NCBI GenBank assembly: GCA_964016885.1
Contig: OZ024747.1
Location: 87,482,001-87,546,000, forward strand
Direction of reading: 5' to 3'
DNA: 64,000 nucleotides
Source: Eledone cirrhosa
Lineage: Eukaryota
A program made the position numbers and the translations under genes. This document shows positions 43,120 through 55,875 of the stretch, one piece after another. How positions within the stretch are numbered: position 1 is the first letter of the stretch; every line of letters begins with the position of its first letter. The notes under the pieces are model-generated. The model worked only from the letters and a program-made list of their open reading frames with translations, did not search any database and was not told the DNA's origin.

Positions 43120-44125
43120 TCAATGGAACCCTTGAGCTTCATGGAGTCTAGCTAACTCTTTGATGTGAGGCTGAATTTTCGTAAGATGTAGCCAGAGATC
43201 TCCACATGTAACTACATTGTAGTGGTTGCGAGACTTACTTTGCAGTCTGGAAACAGCATCAAACCTCCTCTCGACTAAGTATGAGCTTGGAAAAGGCAGA
43301 GAAAATCTCTTAGCCTCTGCATGTATGAGTGGAAATCGACGCTGAATTTCCTCTTGCATCCAATAAAGGGGTTCACCTATTTTGAGAAATTTAATTTTGA
43401 TCATGTCATCTGCTTGAAGTTCAATGAATTCTTCCTGAAATTTAACATCCAAATCGTCGATGGTAGCTATGAAGGGATCTGCTATCCACATTGGGATGTC
43501 CATCGGCAAAAGCTCAACAAACTGTTCTCTCATGTTGTCTTGTAGTGCACAGAGGTGATCGGTATAAATTTGGAGTTGGTCATCGCTTACAATGTTTTGA
43601 ACATTGGCGACACTAGGAAAATTATAGAATTCCCGTCAACAAAGATTCCTTTCGATGACATTCAATTTGGCCAGGAATGTTTTCACAGCATTCCTTGCTT
43701 TAAGCAATGTGATCTTCTCCCCCTGCAAAGCCATAATGATGCTATTGCATTTGTCGAAGACGTTAGCGAGGTAGGCGCAGTCTTGCCTCACATCGAGGGT
43801 TTTCTTGTACAGTTCTGTGTTGCGTCCTCGAAGAAACAATGATAGAGTTGAACAGTTCAAAGAAGTGAGTAAGGCACTTTACCTTTGAAAGCCACCTCAC
43901 TTCAGTATGAAGGAGCAACTTGACGAATTCTCTGTCATTATCTTGGCACAGTTGCCGAAAAATTCGTTCATTGATGGAATGGAATTTGATAAAATTGATG
44001 ACATGAATGGCCACCTGCAAGGACTTGCTCAGCGGCTTGCTGAGTTTCTTCGCAGCCAAGTGTTGTCGATGAATGACACAATGAGCAGCAAATACAGATA
44101 GATTTTCTCTCTTCAGAATAGTAAT
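43120..44125 (-). pseudogene. Buster-type hAT transposase, C-terminal half, frameshifted
   Basis: HCVIHRQHLAAK (CxxH), LLHTEVRWLSK, AYLANVF, PFPSSYLVE, GDLWLHLTKIQPHI. Confidence 0.9.
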
Positions 44126-44129
44126 AAAA

Positions 44130-44700
44130 TAGACACATCTAATACACACATCTAGGACCACATACAACACACTGGCAAGTAATTCATAAATCTAGGATCA
44201 CATACAACACATAAGGAGGTAGTACACACATCTAAGACCACATGCAACACACAACCAGGTAATACATACAGCTGGGACCACATGCAATACATATTTGGCC
44301 GACCATTGCTCTTGCGTCGTCCGTAGCACATGATACAATATGTGTTGTATGTGGTCCTAGATGTATGTATTATCTGCCTGTGTGTTGTATGTAGTCCTAG
44401 ATGTATGTATTACCTGTTTATGTATTGCATGTGGTCCCAGCTGTATGTATTACCTGCTTGTGTGTTGTATGTGGTCCTAGATGTGTGTGGTGTGTGCTAC
44501 CTCCTTATGTGTTGTATGTGGTCCTAGATGTATGTATTACCTGCCTGTGTATTGTATGTGGTCCTAGATGTGTGTATTACCTGCTTATGTATTGCATGTG
44601 GTCCTAGATGTGTGTATCATCTGATTATGTGGTCCTAGATGTGTGTATTACCTGCTTATGTGTTGTATGTGGTCCTAGATGTGTGTGCTACCCGCTTCTG
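44130..44700. repeat. ~39-bp tandem array (TGTGTTGTATGTGGTCCTAGATGTGTGTATTACCTGC), partly inverted
   Basis: Units at 44340-44690 are in one orientation; units at 44130-44293 are in the opposite orientation. Confidence 0.88.
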
Positions 44701-45477
44701 TGTTTTTTCTTTTCTTTTTTTATTTGTAATATTATTTATACAATAGGGAATAAAATAGATCTACATAGTGTTAACTCGTTACAGTTGAGTCAATAATTTC
44801 AGACATGAAATACATTGTTATCAGTGAAGGAAAGACAAGATTCTAACTGGCTGCGCTCAAAGTGTCCTTGACCCAATTGACTGTAGGTTTTTCCATTTTT
44901 AGGATCTCAATTGCCGGTTAATGTCTAGACATCCCTGCACACCTGCTTACAGCTGCAGTCAGACCATAGTTATGCTGTCTGCATGCTCATTCAAATGCAT
45001 TCACACTGGCTGTCTCAGAGACATACAAATATGGCTTATAAAACTTACCAAAGTAAAGAGCCTTCCAGTGCCCCCTAGCACACCCTGACGCCACCTTGCT
45101 CCAAAACGCCCCCTGGGGGTGCATATGCCCCCCCATTGAGAACCTTTGGTTTAAAGTATTGAGAAAGGGTTTCCAAATGGCACCAAATCTCCTGGATAAA
45201 TAGTTTCATATAATATTTACAGCATAGTTTTATGAAAGAAACAGTACAAGTGAGATAAGTGAAGTAGATAAATTCAGTATATATATTGTTTATCTGGTCT
45301 TTCTTCTACACATACTTTTTTGCTGAAAGTCTGTTTATATTTCCCTCCTTCTGGTGTTACTACCATGTGCACAACTTACATATACTATCTCTCATCCTGC
45401 TTCCCATTCAGGAGACTATTTTTTATTATTATTTGCCTATGTACTCTGCTGTACTAATCTATAGACACTTCATTATC

Positions 45478-45667
45478 GGTGGATTGACAGTATCAGTAGA
45501 GGGTCGGGCGTCATGCTTTGACGCATTGAGTTACGGCCCTTGCCATTCTGAGTTCAAATCCCGCCGAGGTTAACTTTGCCTTTCATCTTTACGGGGTCGA
45601 TAAAATAAAGTACCAGTAATACACTGAGGTAATAGCTGGCCTCGTGCCAAAAGTAGAAGCAATTATC
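45478..45667 (+). mobile_element. Full-length tRNA-derived SINE (Meta-domain-like core)
   Basis: A-box-like head, B-box GAGTTCAAATCC, core TTTGCCTTTCATC...GGGGTCGATAAAATAAAGTACCAG, and ATTATC on both flanks. Further copies near 9.7, 17.3, 50.1, 54.8, 55.7 and 58.2 kb. Confidence 0.8.
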
Positions 45668-45878
45668 TTTTACTGTCTCTTGTGTTGTTGTATTGACTTA
45701 TATGACTCTCTCCAGTGGCTCAATATGATGCAACTCCACTTTTATGCACGAAATTGCATTGCTTGGTGGGGTGGGGGCGATGTTTGTTTGTTTGTTCGTC
45801 TCACATGTTTCATTGTTCTGTGTACAAACTTTGTTATTAATTACTACAGTAATATGTTCTATCTTTTATACACACATG

Positions 45879-45915
<37 letters not shown>

Positions 45916-45999
45916 ATACACACACACACAATATATATATAATTATTAGAAATATAAGGTAAACGTAATTATCTATAATTGTATTTTTTGTTATTGCAG

Positions 46000-46359
46000 T
46001 GTGCCGTGGTACAAGCCAGAAACTAACACATTCTGGCACAGCCCAGTTTAGATATGATGCACTTCGGAGAAGATACACGAACTGTACATATGTTGAAGGA
46101 AACCTAGAAATCGTTTTTCTCGATAACAAGACAATCAAATATAACTTATCATTTTTAGAAACAATCAAAGAAATTACTGGTTATGTACTTATTATTGATG
46201 TTTATGTGGACTACATACCGTTAACAAATCTTCTGCTTATCCGTGGAAGAGAACTTTTCGTACAGAAAGAAAATAGCTACAGTTTATTTGTAGCAAGTAA
46301 TTATGACAGAGGAACTAAAAAAGTTGGGCTCAAGGAATTACGTTTCAAATCTCTTGGAG
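46000..46359 (+). CDS. EGFR: EGF receptor, first identified exon (domain I / L1)
   Basis: tgcag|..|gtaagt; VCRGTSQKLT...NCTYVEGNLEIVFL...LSFLETIKEITGYVLI...GLKELRFKSL. Confidence 0.95.
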
Positions 46360-46617
46360 GTAAGTCTTTCAGTACAGCAATCTCATCTTGTTTACACTTT
46401 TGTGTTTATATATATATACAGACACAGGCTTTACAATCATGAGGTTCCACGTTCAATCTATCTCGAAGACATCTTAAGCAAGTATCTTTATTAAGGTCAA
46501 CCCAAGTCTTGTGAGTAAAATTAAAGAGAGTGAAACAGTTTGGTAGCCTGTCAGTTGGACTGTACCTATAATTCAAGCTGCATCATACTTATTCTCCCTG
46601 AAAATTATTTTAAATGT

Positions 46618-46776
46618 ACATGGGCAGAGGTGGTGAGAGCAGACCTCAGATCGCTGAAACTCACCGAGGAGATGACGAAGGACCGTGACAAGTGGAGAGA
46701 TGTTGTGCTGAATAGGACCCGTCCAGCCCTTGCAAGCAGGGAAAAGCAGACCTAAAATGATGATGATGATGATGAT
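46618..46776 (+). mobile_element. Short RTE 3' fragment with (GAT)n tail in an EGFR intron
   Basis: TWAEVVRADLRSLKLTEEMTKDRDKWR followed by (GAT)n. Confidence 0.75.
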
Positions 46777-47175
46777 ATGTCTGTGAAATACTCAACTATT
46801 TATATATTAATTTCATGATTAGACTGTTATGTTAAACAACTACCATCAACATCATCATCATTTTACATCTGTTTTCTATGTCATAGGTTGGATGGGTTGA
46901 TGCAATCTGGGACCATCCTTTGCTCATACATTCCATTTTGGCATGGTTTCTACTGCTGGATTCCTTTCCTAATATCAACTACTTTATAGAGTATACTGGG
47001 TGCATTGTATCATGGCACTAGCACAACCACTTTACAGAGTGTACTGAGTGTATTTTATCATGGCACCAACACTAGGTTGTTCAAATTTCTAGCCTTTATT
47101 CATTTTCCATAATACCTTCCAGAATTTGTCCAGTCTGTTTTTATTATTTATTTTAACTTTGTTCAATTATTCTAG

Positions 47176-47313
47176 AAATCCTAAATGGAAAAGTTGCTTT
47201 TATGAACAACAACTTGTTGTGTTATGAAACAACAATAAACTGGACAGATATTAATCCAACTTCAGACCCTCCTGTTGAATTTTTCTTTGCCTCCGATTTT
47301 AGAAGAAGAAAAT
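47176..47313 (+). CDS. EGFR: EGF receptor exon (end of domain I)
   Basis: ttctag|..|gtaaat; EILNGKVAFMNNNLLCYETTINWTDI; phase 1-1. Confidence 0.93.
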
Positions 47314-47554
47314 GTAAATATATCTTTTTTTCTTTACTTTTTAAAAGTTTTTGTTTTATTTCATACATATCTGCTTTGCAGTTTAACATGTACTATTAAT
47401 ATATAATGAGATATGTATTTTTTTATTATTATTTTGATAGCAAATTAAGTATCTTAACTAATATTTTTATATCAATATGTGTGTACAAGTGTATTTAGAT
47501 ATGTTTGTCTGTGTCTGTGTGCAAGTTTGGACTACATACATATGTTGGGGTGAG

Positions 47555-47598
<44 letters not shown>

Positions 47599-47948
47599 GA
47601 CACACATAGTATATATGCAGCATGACTGAATAGTTATTTGGTGAAAATAGCTATAAAGTGAAACTAAATAATTAATATACCTTTACCTACATTTCATAAA
47701 TGTTGAGGTCCATTTTCTTTTCTGTTTGAAAAAGGTACTTAACCCCCAAAACATCATGAAACATAATGATAGAGTAAACTTGTTTTGTTTCGCCTTACTT
47801 TACTCCTGTTTTCACTCCCTTATTTTTAACTTGCATTGTACTGGCTTTCTGAATACAATTTAAACTACATATTGCACATTACTTCATATAAACTAATTAC
47901 CTATTTAATTTTGTCTAAGTATGACTTCATATGTATTTGTATTTTCAG

Positions 47949-48032
47949 GTAAACCATGTCACAGCAGCTGCTATCATAATACCACTGGTCAGCTGAATTG
48001 TTGGGGAAGTGAACCAGATATGTGCCAAAAGT
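47949..48032 (+). CDS. EGFR: EGF receptor exon (start of Cys-rich domain II)
   Basis: tttcag|..|gtaagt; CKPCHSSCYHNTTGQLNCWGSEPDMCQK. Confidence 0.93.
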
Positions 48033-48217
48033 GTAAGTGATTTTCAAATAAAGGCTTACAATCGGTTTTAAGCTTTTATATTTTAGAAAGTTTTTCCAGA
48101 ATTGGGTGTCCTTCTATGTCAAATACTACAGGATATATTGTTTATCATTATCATCATCATCATCTCAGTTTAACACCCATTTTTCCACATTTGCATGGGT
48201 TAGAAGGGTCTTCAACA

Positions 48218-48685
48218 TTATGAGACAAGTTTGGCCAGTTGGCCATACCATACCTTGCTCATAGCGGGACTGCATTTTGACTGGGTTTTTAAGGTTGCTG
48301 GATGCTCTTCCTAACACCAACCACATTTACAGTACGAAACTGAGTGGTCCCATTATGAGGCAAGTCTGACCAGATGACAGCGCTGAACCTTGTTCATAAT
48401 GGGATCATGTTTTGGCTGGAGTTTTATGGCTGCTGGAAGCCCTTCCTAACACCAACCATGTTTACAGGGTGGAACTGGGTGGTACCGTTATGAGACAGGT
48501 CTGGCCAGTTGGCCAGACTGTTCCTTGCTCATAGTGGGACTGTATTTTGGCTGGGTTTTTATGACTGCTGTGTGTCCTTCCTAAACCTTGACCATGTTTA
48601 CAGTGTGGGACTGGGTGGTCATGTTATGAGGCAGGTCTGGCCAGTTTGCCGCGTTGTACCTTGCTCATAAGGAAACCATATTTTA
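48218..48685 (-). repeat. Tandem array of ~135-bp units derived from the RTE 3' UTR (about 3.5 copies)
   Basis: Units start TTATGAG(A/G)CA(A/G)GT near 48218, 48352, 48488 and 48623; the full units carry a CTTCCTAA(CACCAACC)-type motif. Confidence 0.8.
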
Positions 48686-49399
48686 TGCAGGACATAAATA
48701 AATGTTACCAGTTGCTTAAAATATTGTAAATATGAAAGTGTATATGATAAATGTCACACACATGGATCCACACGCATCTACCAATTTCACTCACAAGGTA
48801 TTAGTCAGCCAGATTTTATAGTAACAGACACTTACCCACTTACACTGTGGGATGAAACTGAAAATCATGTGGTTACAAAGCAAACTTCTTAATCATGCAG
48901 CTCTGTATGAATTATAAACTGAATTATGTTACAGGGTGATTTGTGTCCCTCTGAAAATCTCTATATAAATTTCTGCGATTCTGTCACAACACGTAAAGAA
49001 AGAGTAGTAGTTTGACTACCTCATACTACTCCTTTCTCTCTACGTCTGCCTCCTACGTGAATGTATGTGTGTGTAAAAGGAAGGAAGGGTTGGTGAAAAA
49101 ATTATGGTGTGTGTGAGTGTATGTGTATGTGTGTGTTTGTGTAAATGAATGTGTGTGTGTTTGTGTGAATATATATGTATGTTTGTGTAAATCTACATGT
49201 GTGTTTGTGTAAATGTATGTCTGTAAGTGTGTCTGTGTTTGCATGTTTATATTTATATACTCATACATATAAAGGTATGCATATACACATACACACATAC
49301 ATATGCGTCAGCATATGGAAAAAAATTCTAGTATTTAAAATTTTTGTAATTTACTTATAATAAAAATTCTTAATATTCCATTTGTTTTTGTTTCTTTAG

Positions 49400-49521
49400 T
49401 AAGTCATGGTGCTGTGTGTAGTGCATCATGTGACAACCGGTGTTTCGGAAAACTGCCTAACCAATGTTGCCATGCTCAGTGTGCAGGTGGATGCACTGGG
49501 CCTAAAAACACAGATTGCCTT
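49400..49521 (+). CDS. EGFR: EGF receptor exon (domain II)
   Basis: ctttag|..|gtatgt; [41 protein letters not shown]. Confidence 0.95.
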
Positions 49522-49606
49522 GTATGTAGCTATATATAGACTCTATTTTACTGTCTACATGTATAATTTGGGTGTGTATGCTTGTATAGCACTGAAAAAT
49601 AATTAA

Positions 49607-49827
49607 CCCTTTAGCATTTAAACTGGCTATATGCAGCCAGAATTCTCTCACCACTTTCTGTTCAAACCAGCCATAACCAGCTGCTCATACTGATGTTGAG
49701 GTATTGTTCTCAAAATAAATAATATCAACATCTCGTAGATTCGATATTAAGTGAGATAATAATGTGAAATAAAGCTTTTACTGGGAAAATAAAATAGTAT
49801 ATATAGATTAATGTAAATGCTAAAAGG
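49607..49827. mobile_element. TTAA-flanked MITE, family B
   Basis: TTAA|CCCTTTAGCATTTA...TAAATGCTAAAAGG|TTAA. Confidence 0.72.
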
Positions 49828-50791
49828 TTAAATGTTCCAAAATGAGTAACCGATAACTGAATATGATTCTCTCCATTTTGTCACATTTTTCCATCACATC
49901 TAGATACTTGTTCTACTCTTATGTCATCTATTTCTTTTTTGTTGCCACTGTTTATTTCTGCTACCTTCTTACCAATTGGTGCTAACTTGACTATATACAT
50001 GTTTGTATATAGTCAAGTTGACTATATGTATGTGTGTGTGTTTTGCAAAATTGTTGATGTGAAGCAGTATGTTGAAACAAATTTTGCTTTGCGGCATATA
50101 GCTACGGCCCTTTACATTTTTAGTTCAAATCCTGCTGACATTAGCTTTGCCTTTCATTCTTACGGCGTTGATAAAATAAAGCACCAGTAATATATTAGGG
50201 TTGATTTAATCAACTTCCTCTCCTCCCCCCAAAAAATTGTTGGCCTTATGCCTAAATCTGAAACCATTATTGTATTTTGTGAGAGTCAATCTTCCAATGT
50301 AAGTGGATTTATTGGCAAAATGACTCTCCAATATGTGTTTGTATATCTGTTAAAATGTATGCTATATTGACCAGTATTTCCTTATATCAGTATTTATATA
50401 ATTTACAAAATAGAATATGAGCCAATGAAGAAGCCTTGATGCAATCACTCAACCTGCTAAACATAGCAGCAAAGTCTCCATGAGATCAGACCATACTATC
50501 TTAAAAGGATAGTGGAGTCCTTGATACAGTACACTTAGAGAAAAAAAAAAAACATTTACATTTGGATTGACTTTCATTGTAGTTCTACACAATAAAAAAA
50601 CTTTCTTCTAGGCAAAGTGTACCACTTGGTAGAGAGATTTGGCTGCTATTTCTAGTAGTTCAATAGACCATCTAGAGGCCACTTAGTTGGATTATTTATT
50701 TCATAGTTATATCATTATGTTTGTTTACATATTCATCTTTCTTGATTTGTTAATGAAAAATCAAAACAAACACACTTTTTTTTTGTTTTAG

Positions 50792-50933
50792 GCTTGTAGA
50801 AAATTCACGAACGAAGGAGAATGTGTTCCGTTTTGTCCTCCTATGACTCAGTATAACACAGTAACATTTGAGCGTGAACAGAACCCAAACTACAAATATT
50901 CTTATGGTTCATTATGTGTTAAGAATTGTCCAA
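50792..50933 (+). CDS. EGFR: EGF receptor exon (domain II dimerisation arm)
   Basis: ttttag|..|gtgagt; ACRKFTNEGECVPFCPPMTQYNTVTFEREQNPNYKYSYGSLCVKNCP. Confidence 0.95.
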
Positions 50934-52022
50934 GTGAGTTAGAATTGTTTTTAATAAACTACTATAACTTTTGTGGATGCAGATAAGGCTGGGTGGTTAA
51001 GAAATTTACTTCCACTGCATGTCACTTTAGGCAAGTATCATTACCATAGTCTTGGGCTAACCCAGAATTACATTAAGTATACACGTCTGTTGGAATACTC
51101 AACCACTTACATGATCATTTACAAGCTGAATGCTCAGTTGATCAAATAACAATGTTCATTGCTGAAACTGAAAGAGGATTCATCATCATCATAACCTTTG
51201 TTACACTGTCTGTCTCACATTGAGGTCACTACGAGATCTCTACAAATTATTGCCAAGGGTAGTAATTATTATATGTCTGTATTTAAAATGTCTGGGTCTC
51301 TGACAAGATGTCTATGTAAACTGAGCGGTATATGGTGATACAAAATAACAATAGATTTTGACACTGATACTCCAACAATGAAATGTATGAGCTCCTATCA
51401 ACCTTAGTATAGACATGTCTGTATGGTTTAGAAGTACACTTTGAACCTCTATCTGATCTCATGCACAGCTCTTTGGGTATGACTTTTGCCTTAGTTTCAG
51501 TGAAATTTGGTTGACAGAAACTGTAGAAACCCCAGACAGACTGTTCTGATTCTTAAACTTAAGGTAAACTTAAACCACATGTTTAACGTCACCGCTTGGC
51601 ACAAACTACCAGAATTACTAACGCATACAATTTCTTTTGATGTAACAATAATTCACTGATTAGGCAAATTAAATTAATAATATTGGAAAATTTCCCATGG
51701 GTGCTTTCTGCATGCAGAATATATAGATAAATGCAGTCTACCATACTTAAAAGAGTGGACTGAAAATAATGTTTAATCCATTGAGATTATAACTGTATAG
51801 TATGTCAGCAAGCTTACTAGAATTGACACCGAAATATTTCTTAAATTCTATCATACTGTCATTAGAAGATATAGTCCTTGATACACTGTGTCTGAGAAAA
51901 ATAAATGACAATGTTCTCAGTTAGAATATCTTGTACTAGTAGTTATATTTCCAAAGAAAATCTGAGGAAACCATGAAGCATTTTAATGTTTATTTTGAGA
52001 AGTTGAGAAAATGCTTGTCTAA

Positions 52023-52086
<64 letters not shown>

Positions 52087-52789
52087 GTCCAGAATTAGCC
52101 GTCGAAACGGCTTGAGCTCAGCCGTCGGGGGTCCTACTCGTTCCTATATATATAAATATATATATGTGTGTGTGTGTGTGTTAGTCTTATCAAGGAGAGG
52201 AGAGTAATGCCCATGATTCTTTACATGGCATTCAAGACTGTTAGCATAGAGGGGAAGGAAGCCACAAAATGGAGACTTGGCTTGAAAAATTGCAACAGAG
52301 TAGACTCCACTAAAGCACTAAAAGGAATAGTTATAATCATAGATTTAACCCTTTTGTATGGTCTTATATTCTACTGAGTGCAGAGGATAGGTTGCCATGG
52401 CTTTGACACATCTGGAGGTTTTCCCAATCCTTTGTTTGGCAATACATGACTGGATACCCTTCATCCACAATCACTTTACAGTGTGTACTGAGTGCATTTA
52501 GTGTGTAAATTACCAACAGTAGGGAGACTGTCATGTCCTTGACATGACTGAAGGGTCCTCCCAACCCTTTGTTTGGCTGTATGCCCTTCCTATCACCAAC
52601 CACTTAACAGAATGTACATGTGTTTATAATGTAGGTCACCAATACTAGAGAGGTTGCCATACTGTGGCACAACTGAAAAACCCTCTCAACACCCTTTTTT
52701 CTCTTTCTCTCTCTCATAGAGATGAGAACTCACAGTGCCATAAATTGGAGGTGTAGTGATGGATAGATAGAGAGAATAGCTAAAGAGTA

Positions 52790-53095
52790 ATAGTGGAAGG
52801 GTCCTGGGTGCAGTGTACTAGAGTGTAATAGTGAGAATATCTAAGGGGAAGAAAGCAGCAACTGAAAAGGGCAGACTGTCCAAGCATCAGCCACTCTCTG
52901 ATGTGTTTGTGATAGAGTCTGTTGCAGTAGAGACTTCCAGCATTCTTGGCCCCCAAACCACATCTCTGCTCACTGTTATTGGAGCAGAGTTGGCTGCCCA
53001 CATGTGTGAGTCCCCACGAAGTGGAGTGACCTTCCCAGTGTGTTTCCTTCATTGTCCCCTGGGGCAATGTATTCACCATCCTGTTGACTAGGACT
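52790..53095 (+). mobile_element. Decayed CRE-like retrotransposon 3' fragment
   Basis: VAVETSSILGPQTTSLLTVIGAELAAH; homologous to the 11-kb remnant. Confidence 0.65.
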
Positions 53096-53465
53096 GGGAC
53101 CAAGAGTCAGAGCTTAAGATAGTTGGAGGTGGAAGATACTTCTCCAGACATCACACATAAAAACACATAGTCAATCACTTACACAAATTGTATTAAGAAA
53201 TAAAAGATTATTAATTAGACAATGATTTAACATACTTTTTATTGGACTCTCAACGCAAACTTAATTCTGAAAAAAATTTTTATTTTACAAAATCCTTCCA
53301 AATTCTTAATTATTTTCAAAATACATAGAAAATTAAAAGTAGTATTTTTTTTTTCTTTTTAGAAATATGATAATAGTTTGATAGCATTTATATCTACATT
53401 TATGAATATATTTTATTGGTTTCTAAAAAGTATTCTATCAGTGTTATATTACTCTAATGTTACAG

Positions 53466-53567
53466 AACACATGTTGAAAGACGTTGCTGCATGTGTAAGA
53501 AAATGCCCCCCAACTAAACAGGCAATCAACAATACCTGTGTACTATGTGAAGGACCTTGTCCAAAAA
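53466..53567 (+). CDS. EGFR: EGF receptor exon (end of domain II)
   Basis: ttacag|..|gtaagt; KHMLKDVAACVRKCPPTKQAINNTCVLCEGPCPK. Confidence 0.93.
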
Positions 53568-53856
53568 GTAAGTTTAATGAATATCTTTATTTTTGTTGTT
53601 CCCACCTAAAAATACCATTGGTGGTACCATTATTCGTTTCTTTTAAATATTTAAACTCTTTATGTAAGACAAACAAATGTTTATGGAAATTTTTAAGTGT
53701 AATTTGTTTTTTACTTTCAATTGAATACATCAAATAAATGGACCACAGCCTAGATATTGTCTTTTTTCCCTTCTTTCTTTTTTTTTTTCTTTAATTGAAC
53801 CTAACACTACCATAAACCATTGCACCATTCTAATTTTCAATCTGTTTTCTATCTAG

Positions 53857-53962
53857 CTTGCAATGGGACTAAAAGTTGGTTAACTTCAAAAAATATTGCA
53901 TCATTCAAAGACTGTACCATTATTGAAGGCAATTTGATTATGCTAGGTGTAACATTTAAAGG
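53857..53962 (+). CDS. EGFR: EGF receptor exon (start of domain III / L2)
   Basis: atctag|..|gtaagt; TCNGTKSWLTSKNIASFKDCTIIEGNLIMLGVTFKG. Confidence 0.93.
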
Positions 53963-55664
53963 GTAAGTTGTGTCTTTTTTATTTTTTTTTATTTTCCAAC
54001 ATTAATCATCATCACTGTCTTTACATCTGTTTTTCCAAGTTTGTTAGATTAGTCCTCTCTGGTACACCAGCTTTATCTTAACAACCTTATAGACCCCTAA
54101 GCAAACAATACACTGATTAACATTGAAACCCTAGACCTAGTGGTCTTCCAGGCAACTGCCCAGAGTACCCATGCCTTAAGGTGTAATTGCTTTCCACTCG
54201 TTTCTTCCCTTTATCACCTCCTTTTTCAAGTTCAGAACCTTGAGATCAGTTTTCATCACCTTTGCCCAAAGTCTTCCTTCATCTTCCTCTTCTTTGGTTT
54301 ATGTACCTTGGAACTCCTGGCATATATTTACCCAATCATCATTATCCATATGCATTAGATTTCTGTACTAGCACAATCTACTTTCTTGCACACTACATCT
54401 TGGTAGAGTTTTCTGGAAATGTTGAAGGTTGCACATGCACACATATATAAGAAGTAATATTTACTGCCCTATGTGCATTTCTCATTTTTAGGCACACTGT
54501 CAAAATGGAAACAACATGAGTCTATCCAAATTGTTTATTTGTAGCTTTATGGCTTCAAATCTGGCCTAAGTGTTGCAGCATCAAGTTGTTGCATTAACAA
54601 TGCATTTGGGTTACACACTAAGTATGAATGCAGTGCCAGAGACTGGTTTGCATGCTTCCATTCTGATGCTTATCATCATCATCATCATCATCAATTTACG
54701 TCTGCTTTTCCCTGCTTGCAAGGGTTGGACGGGTCCTATTCAGCACAGCATCTCTCATTATTATTATTATATCTATAGCTTTTTTTTTGGGGGGGGGGGG
54801 TATTGGCAGTATTAGTAGAGCATCGAACAACATACATTGCAACATACATAGAGTTACAGCCCTAAATCCTGCTGAGGTTAGCTTTGCCTGTCATCCTTAC
54901 GGGGTCGATAAAATAAAGTACCAGTTATTCACTGAGGTTGATTTAATCAACTTTCCCCTTCCCTTCAAAACACAATTATTATATTTATTGTTTTTTGTTG
55001 ATTTTCTTCCTCTTTTACACGATATAAGCACTACTTTGTGTTCTTTTTTGTCCTTACATTGTCCTCAACATCTTGTGTACTTGTGATTAATAAAAGAAAT
55101 CATTATCATCGTCATCATCATGATCCTTGTTTTATTTTTTTTTAAGATTAAAATTTATTCACACCATGCACTGAGATAAATATTTATTCATTGCATGCAG
55201 TAATAAGATAAGTATCTATTTATCCCCAGCATTTATCAGGTAAATATTTATTAATCTCCAGCATTTATAAGATAAATAGATTTATTTCATTTGACCTTTC
55301 ATGATCAGAAGTATCCAGTAAACTACTGATTAACCCAATAAACTTGTTATAAAAAGGGAAAATGGAAAGTATGACTTCAATACCTTTTCTGAGGGTAAGT
55401 GGTAAATGTACCAAAAAAGGAAGATAACTACAAATGGGAATTAGAATCATGTTGCACAAGCCAACAAGGGAGTTATGTGGTTGCTCAGCCCAACCTACTA
55501 GAAATAGCAACCCTTTATCCCTCAGATAACTCACCACACACGACTATCTTTAACTCTTTCCTTACGATATTTCTAATGAAAAACACTGCTTCTCATTTTC
55601 AAATAATTTTGAAAGCAATCAAGTATTTGGAGGGATTTAGTAATATAACAAACTCTCATTATTT

Positions 55665-55875
55665 ATCTGGGTAATTGCTGGCCTTGTGCCAAAAAGTAGA
55701 AACAATTATTTATCTGCTTTGCAGCAAAGAGTTACGGTCCTTTATGATCTGAGTTCAAATCCCGCCGAGGTTAACTTTGCCTTTCATCCCTACGGGGTCG
55801 ATAAAATAAAGTACCAGTAATACACTGGGATAATTGCTGGCCTTGTGCCAAAAGTAGAAACAATTATTTATCTGG
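55665..55875 (+). mobile_element. Meta-domain-like SINE with an extra copy of its 3' tail at the 5' junction
   Basis: TAATTGCTGGCCTTGTGCCAAAA(A)GTAGAAACAATTATTTATCTG occurs both before and after the SINE body; ATTATTTATCTG is repeated three times. Confidence 0.75.

Larger units (their letters stand above)
42071..45148 (-). mobile_element. hAT DNA transposon, Buster type, defective
   Basis: TIRs CACAGGTTCTCAA / TTGAGAACCTTTG. TSD GTTTAAAG (42063-42070, 45149-45156) with central TA. Contains a transposase remnant, a ~39-bp subterminal tandem array and a nested SINE. Confidence 0.93.

Noticed and set aside
45744-45962. Hydrophobic ORF MHEIALLGGVGAMFVCLF... as the EGFR signal-peptide exon
   Set aside because: I found no convincing phase-1 donor to join it to the exon at 46000, and it runs into a CA microsatellite. 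cDNA is needed to exclude it fully.
47296-47313. FRRRK as a furin site between EGFR domains I and II
   Set aside because: It does not fit the R-X-(K/R)-R consensus.
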